Source of the DNA: an uncultured Myxococcales bacterium
GTDB taxonomy: Bacteria > Myxococcota_A > UBA9042
NCBI GenBank assembly: GCA_903919145.1
Contig: CAIXGW010000214.1
Span: 4,534 to 68,533 of the forward strand
DNA length: 64,000 nucleotides
Reading direction: 5' to 3'
The notes under the pieces were generated by a model that did no database searches, was not told the origin of the DNA, and saw nothing but the letters and a program-made list of their open reading frames with translations. Shown piece by piece: positions 1 through 10,387 of the stretch (position 1 is the stretch's first letter; each line of letters begins with the position of its first letter). Position numbers and translations under genes: made by a program.

Positions 1-2
1 AG

Positions 3-920
3 GGCTTCGGCCGCCGCTACGGCAAATCGCCCAGTGCCGCCGCCCACTTCTACCACCCGCGCCCGCCCGGTCGCCAGCCAGCCCTGGCTCAGCGCCACCC
101 CGGCAAAAGCCTGGCCATAGCTGAGGTCGTTCAGAGCCGGATGGGGGTCGCTAAGTAGGTGAGAGAGGGTCGTCTCCAGCTCTTCAAACTGGGCCTCGGC
201 GTCGGCAATCCCCTGGCGGTGGTAGTCGGCCAGGTCGCGGGTGGCAGCGTCGCTTGGCGCATCGTCATAGCTCAAGCCGGTGTAGCCATAGGGCGCGTAG
301 GGCATGGTGCTAGAGGCGTAGGGGGGCAGCCGCGGCATGGCGCTGCGCGGACCGGGCAAGGTGCGGGTCAGCTGGCGCGAGCTATGGGTCCAGCCAGCCA
401 ACAACTCCTGAGCGCGGGCAAGGTCTTGCGCAGGGTCGCCGTCATAGGCTTCGGTCATGGCCAGCGCCAGGGCCCGCAGGGTGCGCTCGCCGTCGATCGA
501 CCGCCACAGCTCAGAAGCCCAGGCATCCCAGTGCTCCAGGCGCGGCTGGGCCCACGGCTCTTTGCCAAAGCCGCGGCTGACCACGGTTTGCACGGTGCCG
601 TCATCCAGGCGGTGCGCCAGGATCCACGGGCCCTTGATGGGGACCACATCGGCCAGCCCGTCGATCTCTGCAGCTTCTGGCGCCACCAGGACTTTGTGCT
701 GCAAAAACACGCCCACAAACTGCCCTAATTGCGCCTGCGACCACAGCTCTGAGTAGGCCTGCGCCGCGTCTTGGGCCGAGTGCTCGTCGCCAAAGTAGTC
801 GACCAGTGACTTGAGATCGGCTGACATCTCAAGAAGAAAGCCATACAAGTCGTGGTAAAGGTACAGCACGTCGCGGCGCTGAAACCAAGAGAGGTGGCGC
901 GAGGTCACGTAGCGTTCCAT
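3..920 (-). CDS. PqqD/RRE-like domain(s) fused to class I SAM-dependent methyltransferase (partial, runs off left edge)
   Basis: Not in the ORF track because it has no stop in the window. Manual translation from ATG at 920 (AAGGA RBS upstream): MERYVTSRHLSWFQRRDVLYLYHDLYGFLLEMS...ELWRSIDGERTLRALALAMTEAYDGDPAQ (PqqD-like helices)...RVVEVGGGTGRFA (SAM-binding motif I). Confidence 0.75.
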   Translation of the reverse strand, partial: MERYVTSRHLSWFQRRDVLYLYHDLYGFLLEMSADLKSLVDYFGDEHSAQDAAQAYSELWSQAQLGQFVGVFLQHKVLVAPEAAEIDGLADVVPIKGPWILAHRLDDGTVQTVVSRGFGKEPWAQPRLEHWDAWASELWRSIDGERTLRALALAMTEAYDGDPAQDLARAQELLAGWTHSSRQLTRTLPGPRSAMPRLPPYASSTMPYAPYGYTGLSYDDAPSDAATRDLADYHRQGIADAEAQFEELETTLSHLLSDPHPALNDLSYGQAFAGVALSQGWLATGRARVVEVGGGTGRFAVAAAEA

Positions 921-938
921 GGGATTCCTTGATGGGCG

Positions 939-1997
939 TCAGCCTCTTGTCAGCTCTTTTAGGACGTGCAGAGTTCTTTCGATGCCGCTGTCATCGACGT
1001 CGAGGTGGGTCACGGCCCGCAGCCGCCCCACCCCGCCGCTGACCAGCACCCCGTGCTCGCGCAAGCGCTGGACCAGGGCGATCCGCCTGGCGCCGCGCTC
1101 TGCTGCAGAGCCATGGTCGGGCGCCAGGTCAAAATACACCAGGTTGGTCTGCACCAGCGCCAGGTCGATGCTGAGGCCGGGCAGCGCTGCGATGCCCTCG
1201 GCCAGCTGCCGCGCGCGCCGGTGGTCTTGGGCCAAGCGCTCTACATGGTGATCCAGGGCGTAGAGGCCCGCCGCGGCAATCACCCCGGCCTGGCGCATGC
1301 CGCCGCCAAAGCGCTTGCGCCACCGCCGCGCCTGGGCGATGAACACCTCGCTCCCGGCCAGCAGGCTGCCGATTGGCGCACCCAGCCCCTTGGAAAGACA
1401 CAGCGTCGACGAGTCAAAGGGCTCGGCCAGCTCGGCCATGGTCCGGCCGCTGGCCACCGCGGCATTGGCCAGCCGCGCCCCATCCAGGTGCATGCGCACC
1501 CCCAAGGCTTTGGTAAATACCCGCAGTGCCAGCGGATTTTCTTGGGGCACCACGACCCCGCCGCAGCCGTTGTGGGTGTTCTCTAGGGCAATCAGGGCGG
1601 TGGGCGAGTGGTGCGGGTCCTCGTCAAGGTGCAGCGCCGCCTGCACCTCTGCCAGCGCCAAGCTGCCGTCGCGCGAGTCCAAGGTCCGCAGCGTCACCCC
1701 AGAAAGCGCCGCCGCACCGCCGCCCTCGTGGTTGAGGATGTGGCACCCAGCGTGGACAAGGGCCTCGTCGCCCGGCCGGCAGTGGACGCGCACCGCCAGC
1801 TGGTTGGCCATGGTCCCAGACGGCACAAACAGTGCCGCTTCCTTGCCCAGCAGCCGCGCCCCCAGCTGCTGGAGCGCCAGCACGGTGGGGTCATCGCCAA
1901 ACACGTCATCGCCCAGCGGTGCATCAAACATGGCTTGACGCATCGCCGGGCTGGGCCGTGTCACCGTGTCACTGCGCAGATCGACTGGCTGCGCCAA
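939..1997 (-). CDS. ltaE: low-specificity L-threonine aldolase
   Basis: DLRSDTVT, GDDVFGDDPTV, SGTMANQ, LENTHN, HLDGARL and CLSKGLGAP (PLP lysine) motifs; TTG start abuts the upstream gene's stop. Confidence 0.92.
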   Translation of the reverse strand: MAQPVDLRSDTVTRPSPAMRQAMFDAPLGDDVFGDDPTVLALQQLGARLLGKEAALFVPSGTMANQLAVRVHCRPGDEALVHAGCHILNHEGGGAAALSGVTLRTLDSRDGSLALAEVQAALHLDEDPHHSPTALIALENTHNGCGGVVVPQENPLALRVFTKALGVRMHLDGARLANAAVASGRTMAELAEPFDSSTLCLSKGLGAPIGSLLAGSEVFIAQARRWRKRFGGGMRQAGVIAAAGLYALDHHVERLAQDHRRARQLAEGIAALPGLSIDLALVQTNLVYFDLAPDHGSAAERGARRIALVQRLREHGVLVSGGVGRLRAVTHLDVDDSGIERTLHVLKELTRG

Positions 1998-3317
1998 CTA
2001 GTCCTCCACGTGGGCATCCACCAGGCTCAGGCCGCGGTCGATGATTTCAAAGCCTTCTGCCAGCTGGGCTTCGGTGATGCACAGCGGCGGGTTGGTCATG
2101 ACCGTGCCCCACTGCAGCATGGTAAACAGCCCGTTGTCCTTAAGGAACTTGGCCAGCTGACCCATGGCCGGATGGGCACCAGCGTAGGGGACCAGGCGCT
2201 CTCCGCGGCTGTTCTTCTGCAGCTCGATGAGGCCAAACAGGCCGATGTTGCGGTGGGTGCGCACGCACTTGTGCTTGGCCTTGAGGCGCTGCATGTGGCC
2301 GTGCATGATCGGCTCCAGGCGCGCTGCGTTGTCGACCATGCCTTCGTCAATCATCACGTCGATGGCCGCGAGCGCCGCCGCCAGACACACCGGATGGCCG
2401 CTGTAGGTCAAGCCGCCGTAGAACACGTTGTCTCTGAAATGGTCGGCGATCCGGTCAGAAAAGCCCACCACTCCCAGCGGCAGGTAGCTGCTGGTCACGC
2501 CCTTGGCCATGGTCACCAGGTCGGGCACCATGTCGCCGTGCTCAAAGGCCATCAGCTTGCCGGTCCGGCCCCAGCCGCACATGACTTCGTCGCAGATCAG
2601 CAAGATTCCGTACTTGCTCAGCAATGCCTTTAGGCCCTTCAGGTATCCCTTGGGCGGAATCAAGATGCCGTTGGTGCCCGTCACCGTCTCAATAAACATG
2701 CCGGCGATGGTGTGCGGCCCCTCAAACTGAATGACTTCTTCCAGGTACTGCAGGTTCTTGGCCACAATCTCTTCATCGGTGGCGCCAAAGCTGTAGTCCC
2801 ACGGCACCGGATCCATCACCCGGACCACGCCGGCCATGCCGGGCTCATTGGGCCAGCGGCGCGGATCGCCGGTCAGGGTCATCGCGCCGTGGGTGGCGCC
2901 ATGGTAGCTGCGGTAGCGGACCATGATCTTGTGGCGGCCGGTAAAAAGGCGCGCGGCTTTGATCGCGTTCTCGTTGGCCTCAGCACCGCCCAGCGTGTAG
3001 AAGAACGTATTGATGTCGCCGGGCATCAGCTCAGCCAGCCGCTTGGAAAGGCGCGCGCGCACTTCGGTGGCCATGCCGGGGTAGACAAAAATCAGCTGGT
3101 CGAGCTGGTCTTTGATGGCCTGGATGACCTTGGGGTGGCCATGGCCAATGTTGACCGACATCAGCTGCGAGTTGAAATCCAACCACTTCTGACCTTCTGG
3201 GCCGTACAGGTACAGGCCTTCAGCGCGCTCAATCGGCATGGGGTCGACCTTGGCGGTCGCAGACCAAGAGAACAGGCTGTGTTGCTTGCAAAGGTCAATC
3301 ATTTCTTGGGATTTCAT
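1998..3317 (-). CDS. class III PLP aminotransferase (beta-alanine/taurine:pyruvate transaminase-like)
   Basis: SYHGAT, GGAEANE, ICDEVMCGWGRTG, TMAKGVTS and GLTYSGHP motifs; pyrimidine catabolism genes nearby suggest beta-alanine as substrate (inference). Confidence 0.85.
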   Translation of the reverse strand: MKSQEMIDLCKQHSLFSWSATAKVDPMPIERAEGLYLYGPEGQKWLDFNSQLMSVNIGHGHPKVIQAIKDQLDQLIFVYPGMATEVRARLSKRLAELMPGDINTFFYTLGGAEANENAIKAARLFTGRHKIMVRYRSYHGATHGAMTLTGDPRRWPNEPGMAGVVRVMDPVPWDYSFGATDEEIVAKNLQYLEEVIQFEGPHTIAGMFIETVTGTNGILIPPKGYLKGLKALLSKYGILLICDEVMCGWGRTGKLMAFEHGDMVPDLVTMAKGVTSSYLPLGVVGFSDRIADHFRDNVFYGGLTYSGHPVCLAAALAAIDVMIDEGMVDNAARLEPIMHGHMQRLKAKHKCVRTHRNIGLFGLIELQKNSRGERLVPYAGAHPAMGQLAKFLKDNGLFTMLQWGTVMTNPPLCITEAQLAEGFEIIDRGLSLVDAHVED

Positions 3318-3408
3318 GCTGAAAGGCTCCGGTGGCCGGCGATGGCCGCGGCTGATCCTAGCCTTGTAGGCCGGCGCGTCAAGGTCCGGTCAAACTAGAC
3401 GAATTTCC

Positions 3409-4383
3409 TCAGGGCGGCCCGGCAGCCGCGGGTCGGGCCGGCTGCCCAAGAGACTGCTCGGTCAGCTGGTCGGCCAGCTTGCGCGCCGCCTGCCGCCGTG
3501 TCTCTGCCGCCGCGGCGCGCCCCACATCGGCGCCGCGCTGGATGTTGCCGGCGTAGTAGCGCGCCGTCATGCTCAGGACCAGCAGCGAGGCGTCGACGAG
3601 AAGGGCATCTGCCACCAGGCTCCAGGTCGCCACGGCCAGCCCGCCGTTGACCAAGCCGGCGGCCCCGGCGTCGCGCCACTCGCCCCCCAGTGCCTGCCCC
3701 AGACCGGGCACCACCGCCGAGGCTGCGCCGTGCCAGAAAGCGGCGGAGTCCTCGTCGATTTGCAGATCCGCCAGCGCCTCGGAGTCGGCGCGCGGCCCCA
3801 GCAGCCGGGAGGCGCACTGCCCGCCCATCGCCGCTTCCGCCGCGCTAAGGTGAATCAGGCAGCGCACGGCGGCGGCCTGGGCCCTGCGCTGCGGCTCTGC
3901 GGCAAAATTCTCCAAGCGACTCAGCATGGCCACGGCCTGCGCCGTCTGGCCATTGCGGGCCAAGGCCAGGGCCCACAGCGGGCGGTGGCGGTCGGCGCGG
4001 CCAGCATCCTGGTCGGCTTCTACAGCACCGGCAAGCAGCTCGGCAGCCTCGGCAGCGCGGCCCAGGCCCAGCAGTCTGCGGCCGTAGGGATAGCCCAGGC
4101 CGGGCGCATGCCACTGCGGCGTGGCCAGTAGCTCTTGGCGCTGGAGCTCTGCAACGGCCTGCCGATGCAAACCAAGCTCGGCCAGATACTGGGGAAAACT
4201 GGCAGCTTCTGCGGGCAGCGCTGCAGGCTCGCTCGCCCGGTCCGCCGCGGTCGCCGGCCGGGCCAGGCCGAGCAGCGCCGCCAAGACCAGCACAACCGCC
4301 GCCGCATGCCCTGCGCAGGTCGGGCGCGTCGCCGCCGGGCGGCTTGGGGTCGCAGGCCAAGCAACCATTATTGCACGACCCAC
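3409..4383 (-). CDS. exported hypothetical protein, TPR-like helices plus C-terminal TM2/DUF5683-like membrane segment
   Basis: Signal-like AAAVVLVLAALLGLARPATA; ASAVVPGLGQALGGEW motif followed by hydrophobic helices; paralogous to the adjacent gene; start uncertain. Confidence 0.6.
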   Translation of the reverse strand: MGRAIMVAWPATPSRPAATRPTCAGHAAAVVLVLAALLGLARPATAADRASEPAALPAEAASFPQYLAELGLHRQAVAELQRQELLATPQWHAPGLGYPYGRRLLGLGRAAEAAELLAGAVEADQDAGRADRHRPLWALALARNGQTAQAVAMLSRLENFAAEPQRRAQAAAVRCLIHLSAAEAAMGGQCASRLLGPRADSEALADLQIDEDSAAFWHGAASAVVPGLGQALGGEWRDAGAAGLVNGGLAVATWSLVADALLVDASLLVLSMTARYYAGNIQRGADVGRAAAAETRRQAARKLADQLTEQSLGQPARPAAAGPP

Positions 4384-5213
4384 TGGCCCAGGCCGGTCCG
4401 GACGGCTGAGCGCAGCCGGTCGTGGCCTTTGCGGCGGTCGACGTCGGCGCCGACCCAGGAACCATAGATATTGCCAAGGTAAAACACCGCAGCTGTCGAT
4501 GCCAACAGCCAGCCGCGGACTGAGCTTGCGCCATCGCGCTCAAATCCGCCGTAGGCAAACCAGCTGGGCACGCCAACCAGCAGCAAGCTGGTCGCCCCCT
4601 CTTGCCAGCGGCCAAGATACACCCGCCCGAGCCCAGGGACGGCGGCCGAGAGCGCTGCCGCCACCGCTGGAGATGGGGTGGGCAGGTCGCGGCTCTTGGC
4701 GAGCCACTGCTGGGCCTCGGCCACAAAGGCAGCCGTTGGCGTCGCGGGCTGGGCCAGCGCCAAAGCGCGGTCGGCGTCGCGCCACTCGCCGGCGGCCAGG
4801 GCCTTGACCGCACCCAACAACTCCAAGCGGGCATCGTCTCGCCCGGCAGCCGCACAGGCGCGGGGCAGCGGCACTTCGCCCAAGGTGGCGGCCACGGCAC
4901 AGGCGCGCCACCGCAGCTCTCTGGACGCGTCGATGTGGGGAGCCAGCCTTGGGTGCCACATCAGCGCCAGGCTTTGCTGCCACTGCCCAGCTTGAACCAG
5001 ACAGCGCCCGGCAAGGTCCACTCCCTCGGGCGCGCGCTCTGGCCGCAGGTGGGCATGGCGAAGCGCCTCTACCGCGCAGGCGTCATACTTTCCAGACGCC
5101 CTAAGGATTTCTGCCAGTTGCAGGTAGTCCGGCGGATCCTGGGCCACCGCGGCGGCGGGAATCGCTAGGGCGATCAGCAGGAACGCCACCATCGCGGTCA
5201 GGCGGTCACTCAT
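4368..5213 (-). CDS. exported hypothetical protein, TPR-like plus TM2/DUF5683-like C-terminus
   Basis: Start reassigned to MSDRLTAMVAFLLIALAIPAAA (signal peptide), overlapping the upstream stop by 8 nt; SPAVAAALSAAVPGLGRVYLGRW...FYLGNIYGS motif. Confidence 0.65.
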   Translation of the reverse strand: MSDRLTAMVAFLLIALAIPAAAVAQDPPDYLQLAEILRASGKYDACAVEALRHAHLRPERAPEGVDLAGRCLVQAGQWQQSLALMWHPRLAPHIDASRELRWRACAVAATLGEVPLPRACAAAGRDDARLELLGAVKALAAGEWRDADRALALAQPATPTAAFVAEAQQWLAKSRDLPTPSPAVAAALSAAVPGLGRVYLGRWQEGATSLLLVGVPSWFAYGGFERDGASSVRGWLLASTAAVFYLGNIYGSWVGADVDRRKGHDRLRSAVRTGLGQWVVQ

Positions 5214-5721
5214 GGTCGGGTCCGCCCGAAGCGCCGCAGCCAAGGCAAGGTCGGTCCAGGTAGTCGGCAATCGGATCCAAGAGGTGGCGACCGTCTCCGG
5301 CGGGGGCATAGCCGTAGTCCAAAGCGCTGGGGCCGTCGCGCAGCAGCCGGTCGGTGCCCAACAAAATGCCGCGGACAAAACCGAATTCATCTATAGCCAG
5401 TTGGGCAAACCGCGAGCAAGACGGCCGGAAGGCGCAGAGGTCCAGGTCGGTGCGCGCCAGCGTGTTGCGGTAGGTGTACAGCAGCGTCAGGGCCAGCAGG
5501 TGGCCGGTGGCGCCGTCCCAAGGGTCAGGGGCAAAGTCATCGACCGCCGCCCCCTGCCCCGCCCCGGCAAAGTTGGGCTCCAGCCAGTGGCGCGCATCCT
5601 GCAGGTTCAGGTCGCACTCGGCGACGGGGGCCGCCGTCTGGGCCAGGCCAACGCCAAGCGGCGCCGCCGCCACCGCACCGACCGCTCCAGCCATCCACAA
5701 CAAGTACGCAGCGCGGCGCAT
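5206..5721 (-). CDS. YidD-like (membrane protein insertion efficiency factor/haemolytic domain) protein with N-terminal signal peptide
   Basis: CAFRPSCSRFAQLAIDEFGFVRGILLGTDRLLR matches the YidD C-x-F-x-P-S-C-S...G...R-I-x-R pattern; start reassigned to MRRAAYLLW. Confidence 0.75.
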   Translation of the reverse strand: MRRAAYLLWMAGAVGAVAAAPLGVGLAQTAAPVAECDLNLQDARHWLEPNFAGAGQGAAVDDFAPDPWDGATGHLLALTLLYTYRNTLARTDLDLCAFRPSCSRFAQLAIDEFGFVRGILLGTDRLLRDGPSALDYGYAPAGDGRHLLDPIADYLDRPCLGCGASGGPDHE

Positions 5722-5768
5722 GCCGGGTCTCCTGCCGTTCCGCGGCGCCAGACCAGCCCCGCCTCTAG

Positions 5769-5798
5769 ATAATAGGCATGGCCAAGACCGCAGGACAA
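5769..5798 (-). promoter_or_regulatory. possible sigma-70-type promoter for the yidD-like operon
   Basis: Minus strand TTGTCC-N18-TATTAT, about 50 nt upstream of the ATG at 5721. Confidence 0.3.
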
Positions 5799-5994
5799 CA
5801 GGGAAGCAACCAATGACCTGCGGTCGCTTCTCAGACCTGCGTCCAGATCCACGGCGCCTGTGACACTGTCTCACTTCCCGTGACCTGATGTCTCAAGATC
5901 CACCAATTCCAGTGACGGAACTGTGGTCTAGCTGCCGCACATGCCCTTGCCCTCAACAAGGCGCAGCCACTATCGTGGAGGGACTTGGAGCTCC

Positions 5995-6610
5995 CACAAT
6001 GAAGTCGGCCCCCCCCATCTGCCCGCCCGCGACCTTGCCAGCGCTGGGCCCATGGCCGTCAGCACCGCCTTTGCCGACGTGGTGATGCGCGCCCTGGCCA
6101 AGGACCCGCAGCGGCGCTTTGCCGCATTGTGCGCAGCGGTGGGCCAGGACCATGCGCTGTGCCAGCGGTCTGAGCGACACCTGGCCGAGGCCGCCCAGCG
6201 CCCGCCTCCGCCGGCCCCGCAAGTGGAACCAGCCAAGCTTCCTGCCGCTGCAACTGCGGCGGCTGCGCAGGACCAGCCGCTGGCGCTGCAGCAACTGCCT
6301 GCTGCAGTCATGCAGGCCCCGCCCTCCGTCGTGGGCCGGCCGCTGCCGCGCTCTCAGCGGCTTGAGCCGCGCTGGTGGGGCTGGGCTGCGGCAGGCGTCG
6401 CCGGGGCGGGCGCCGCGGTGGGCGCCGGTCTCGCCGTGGGCGCCAATGTCCAGCAGGGCGAATTGGACAGCAAGCGCCTGGCCGATGGCCGCTTCGACCT
6501 CGGCCGGAACAGCTACCAAGAGGCGCGCTCAGGCCAGCAATCCATCTCTACCGGTGGATCGACCGCGCCGGTATCGCCGCGGCAGAGCTGGAGCTGTGGC
6601 GGCGCGGACC
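5995..6610 (+). pseudogene. remnant of a Ser/Thr protein kinase C-terminus with membrane tail
   Basis: HNEVGPPHLP...AFADVVMRALAKDPQRRFA resembles Hanks kinase subdomains X-XI; a Pro/Ala linker and the WWGWAAAGVAGAGAAVGAGL TM segment follow; no kinase N-lobe or catalytic loop; the frame runs out of phase into the next gene. Confidence 0.55.
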
Positions 6611-7786
6611 ATGAGCCGCGCGCTGCTTTCAGGTATCCGCGCGCAAATGGGCCTGCTGCGACCCAGGGGGTCGGATGGCTGGTGGGCAGTCATCGCCGTG
6701 GCCACTGCCCAGTGCCAACCTCTGCCCACGGCAGAGCAATTCGGCTACGCCGACGTCGCGGATGCCGTTGCCGACACCGGCCCTGCCCCGCCCGCTTGCG
6801 GCGACGGTCTGTGCAACGGCATCGAGTCGCTGTATGGCTGCCCGCAGGACTGCGCTGGCCCCAATCGCCACCTGGCCAATGCCTGTGCCACCCCCGGCAC
6901 GACCACCGGCTGCGAGGCCGGTTACATTTGCGTTGGCCGCTCGGCGCTGGGCGGCGGGTCCGTCTGCGTCGCCGACTTTGCCACCTGGCCGCAGCTGCCC
7001 AGCGGCCACCCAGAGGGCAGCTTTGTCGCCGGCAAAGCCAGTGCGACCGACCTGCTCACCGGCCTGACCTGGACCCACCGCATCAGCGCGCCCTTGCACG
7101 AGCCCGATGCCACCCTGTTCTGCGCCCAAGCCGACGACGAAGGCCACCGCGACTGGCGCTTGCCGACCCGCTCTGAGCTGCACTCGCTGGTGGACTACAA
7201 CCGCCAGGAATTGATGAGCCTGGCTCCGGGATTTGAGTGGGATCCCAAGACCTACTGCCATTGGTCGGCCAGCAGGGCCGCCAGCGGCTGGGGCAGCTGG
7301 GTTGTCAACCTGTGGGGCGGCAAGGCCATGGCCTACGGCGACCAATACAGCTGTGTCGTGCGCTGCGTACGCGGCGTACCTGCCGCCCTTCAGCTGCCCA
7401 AAGATGTTGATCGATATGTAGAATTGCCGGATACACAGACGATCCTGGACCGCCAAACTGGCCTGCAGTGGCGCAAGCTGCCGCCCAACATGGAGCGCAG
7501 CTTGGACGACGCTCTCGCCTACTGCAACGGCCTGCGCCTGCAGCACCCGGGCAGCGCCTGGCGCCTGCCTACCATCAGAGAATTGCTGGAGCTGCTGGAC
7601 CTGCAACGCGATACGCCCTGCCTGTCGCCGCCACTGGCCATGGCTCCAGAGGGCAGCGCGGCGTATCACAGCGGCAGCACCGTCGTCCCTCACGTCCAGA
7701 ACTGGAGTATCAATTTCGCCAACGGCCACCTCTACGGGCCCGAAGAGCTGCTGGACGTCCCGCGGCAAACCCGGTGTGTGCAATGA
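6611..7786 (+). CDS. DUF1566 (Lcl C-terminal) double-domain exported protein with Cys-rich N-terminus
   Basis: Two copies of D..TGL.W...C...WRLPT..EL..L...W.VNF..G...RCV; N-terminal CGDGLCNGIESLYGCPQDC; start reassigned to ATG 6611. Confidence 0.85.
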   Translation: MSRALLSGIRAQMGLLRPRGSDGWWAVIAVATAQCQPLPTAEQFGYADVADAVADTGPAPPACGDGLCNGIESLYGCPQDCAGPNRHLANACATPGTTTGCEAGYICVGRSALGGGSVCVADFATWPQLPSGHPEGSFVAGKASATDLLTGLTWTHRISAPLHEPDATLFCAQADDEGHRDWRLPTRSELHSLVDYNRQELMSLAPGFEWDPKTYCHWSASRAASGWGSWVVNLWGGKAMAYGDQYSCVVRCVRGVPAALQLPKDVDRYVELPDTQTILDRQTGLQWRKLPPNMERSLDDALAYCNGLRLQHPGSAWRLPTIRELLELLDLQRDTPCLSPPLAMAPEGSAAYHSGSTVVPHVQNWSINFANGHLYGPEELLDVPRQTRCVQ

Positions 7787-8823
7787 CTCACGCCCTGGCA
7801 GCCTTGGCCAATTCCTGCCGTCGCGGGGCCCCTCTATCGCTGCTGAGCCGGCTGTTGACCCTGGCCCTAGCCCTGCAGGCCGGTGGCTGCAGCGACGCCG
7901 TGGTCAGTGCACCGGTGGATGCTGGCCAAGACGCGGCCGTGGGTGGCGCGCCAACGCCGCCGCAGTGCCCGCCAGGACCGTGGATTGCGGTGCGGCTGAA
8001 CGATGGCGGCTCCTTGCGCTGGCAATGTGCGCCAGATTTCCCGGTGTGGGGCGACCAACCCTTGGCACCAGAGCCTCTGCAGTCGCAGCCAGACGGCACG
8101 GCAGTAGACAGCCTGACCGGGCTGCACTGGCAGAGCGCCCCGCCGCCTGCAGCGCTGAGCCAGGCCGCTGCCGCCGCCTCATGCGACGCCCTGGAGCTTG
8201 GCGGGCACCGCGACTGGCGGCTGCCGACCGTAGCTGAGCTGCAGAGCCTGGTCGACTACTCGCGCCATCACCCGGCCCTGCCGCAGACCTTGGCCGCCGC
8301 GACCGACGCGGGCGAGTTCTGGTCGCTGGTAGAGCGCAACAGCCTTGGCTGGACGGTGGAGTTCGAGCGCGGGCAAGTCCGCCAGCGACCGCGCCACCAA
8401 CCCTGGCGGGTACGCTGTGTCCGCAGCGAGCGGCCAGACAGCCCCAAGGCCACGGACCGTTTCTCCTTCAAGAACAAAGAGACCGCCGCCGACGCCTTGC
8501 TGGGGCTTGAGTGGCTGCGCCCGGTCGCCGTCAACACCTACACCCTGCCCAGTACGGTGGGCTGGTGCAGCAAGCTGTCGGCTTCTGGCGGTGGCTGGCG
8601 CGTGCCCACGCTGCGGCAGCTGAGCTCGCTGGTCCATCGCAGCTCGCCCTGGGGCACCGTCGATTCCAGCGTTTTTGGCGGCAACCTGTCTACAATTTGG
8701 AGCTATACGATTTCAGCCGACGACCCGACCTACGCCTGGACGGTCGACTTCAGCAACGGCACCAGCTCGGCCATGGAGATCTACTCTTTTGCCGATGTGC
8801 GCTGCGTTCGCGACCTCAAGTAG
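7783..8823 (+). CDS. DUF1566 double-domain lipoprotein
   Basis: ATGA overlap with the upstream stop; lipobox-like AGGC; DSLTGLHWQ, DWRLPTVAELQSL, AWTVDFSNG and VRCVR motifs. Confidence 0.85.
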   Translation: MTHALAALANSCRRGAPLSLLSRLLTLALALQAGGCSDAVVSAPVDAGQDAAVGGAPTPPQCPPGPWIAVRLNDGGSLRWQCAPDFPVWGDQPLAPEPLQSQPDGTAVDSLTGLHWQSAPPPAALSQAAAAASCDALELGGHRDWRLPTVAELQSLVDYSRHHPALPQTLAAATDAGEFWSLVERNSLGWTVEFERGQVRQRPRHQPWRVRCVRSERPDSPKATDRFSFKNKETAADALLGLEWLRPVAVNTYTLPSTVGWCSKLSASGGGWRVPTLRQLSSLVHRSSPWGTVDSSVFGGNLSTIWSYTISADDPTYAWTVDFSNGTSSAMEIYSFADVRCVRDLK

Positions 8824-8830
8824 CCGCAGC

Positions 8831-10372
<1,542 letters not shown>

Positions 10373-10387
10373 CTATCCGCAGGCAAC

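Noticed and set aside
6611-8823. Diversity-generating retroelement
   Set aside because: No template repeat, RT or avd gene seen in the window.
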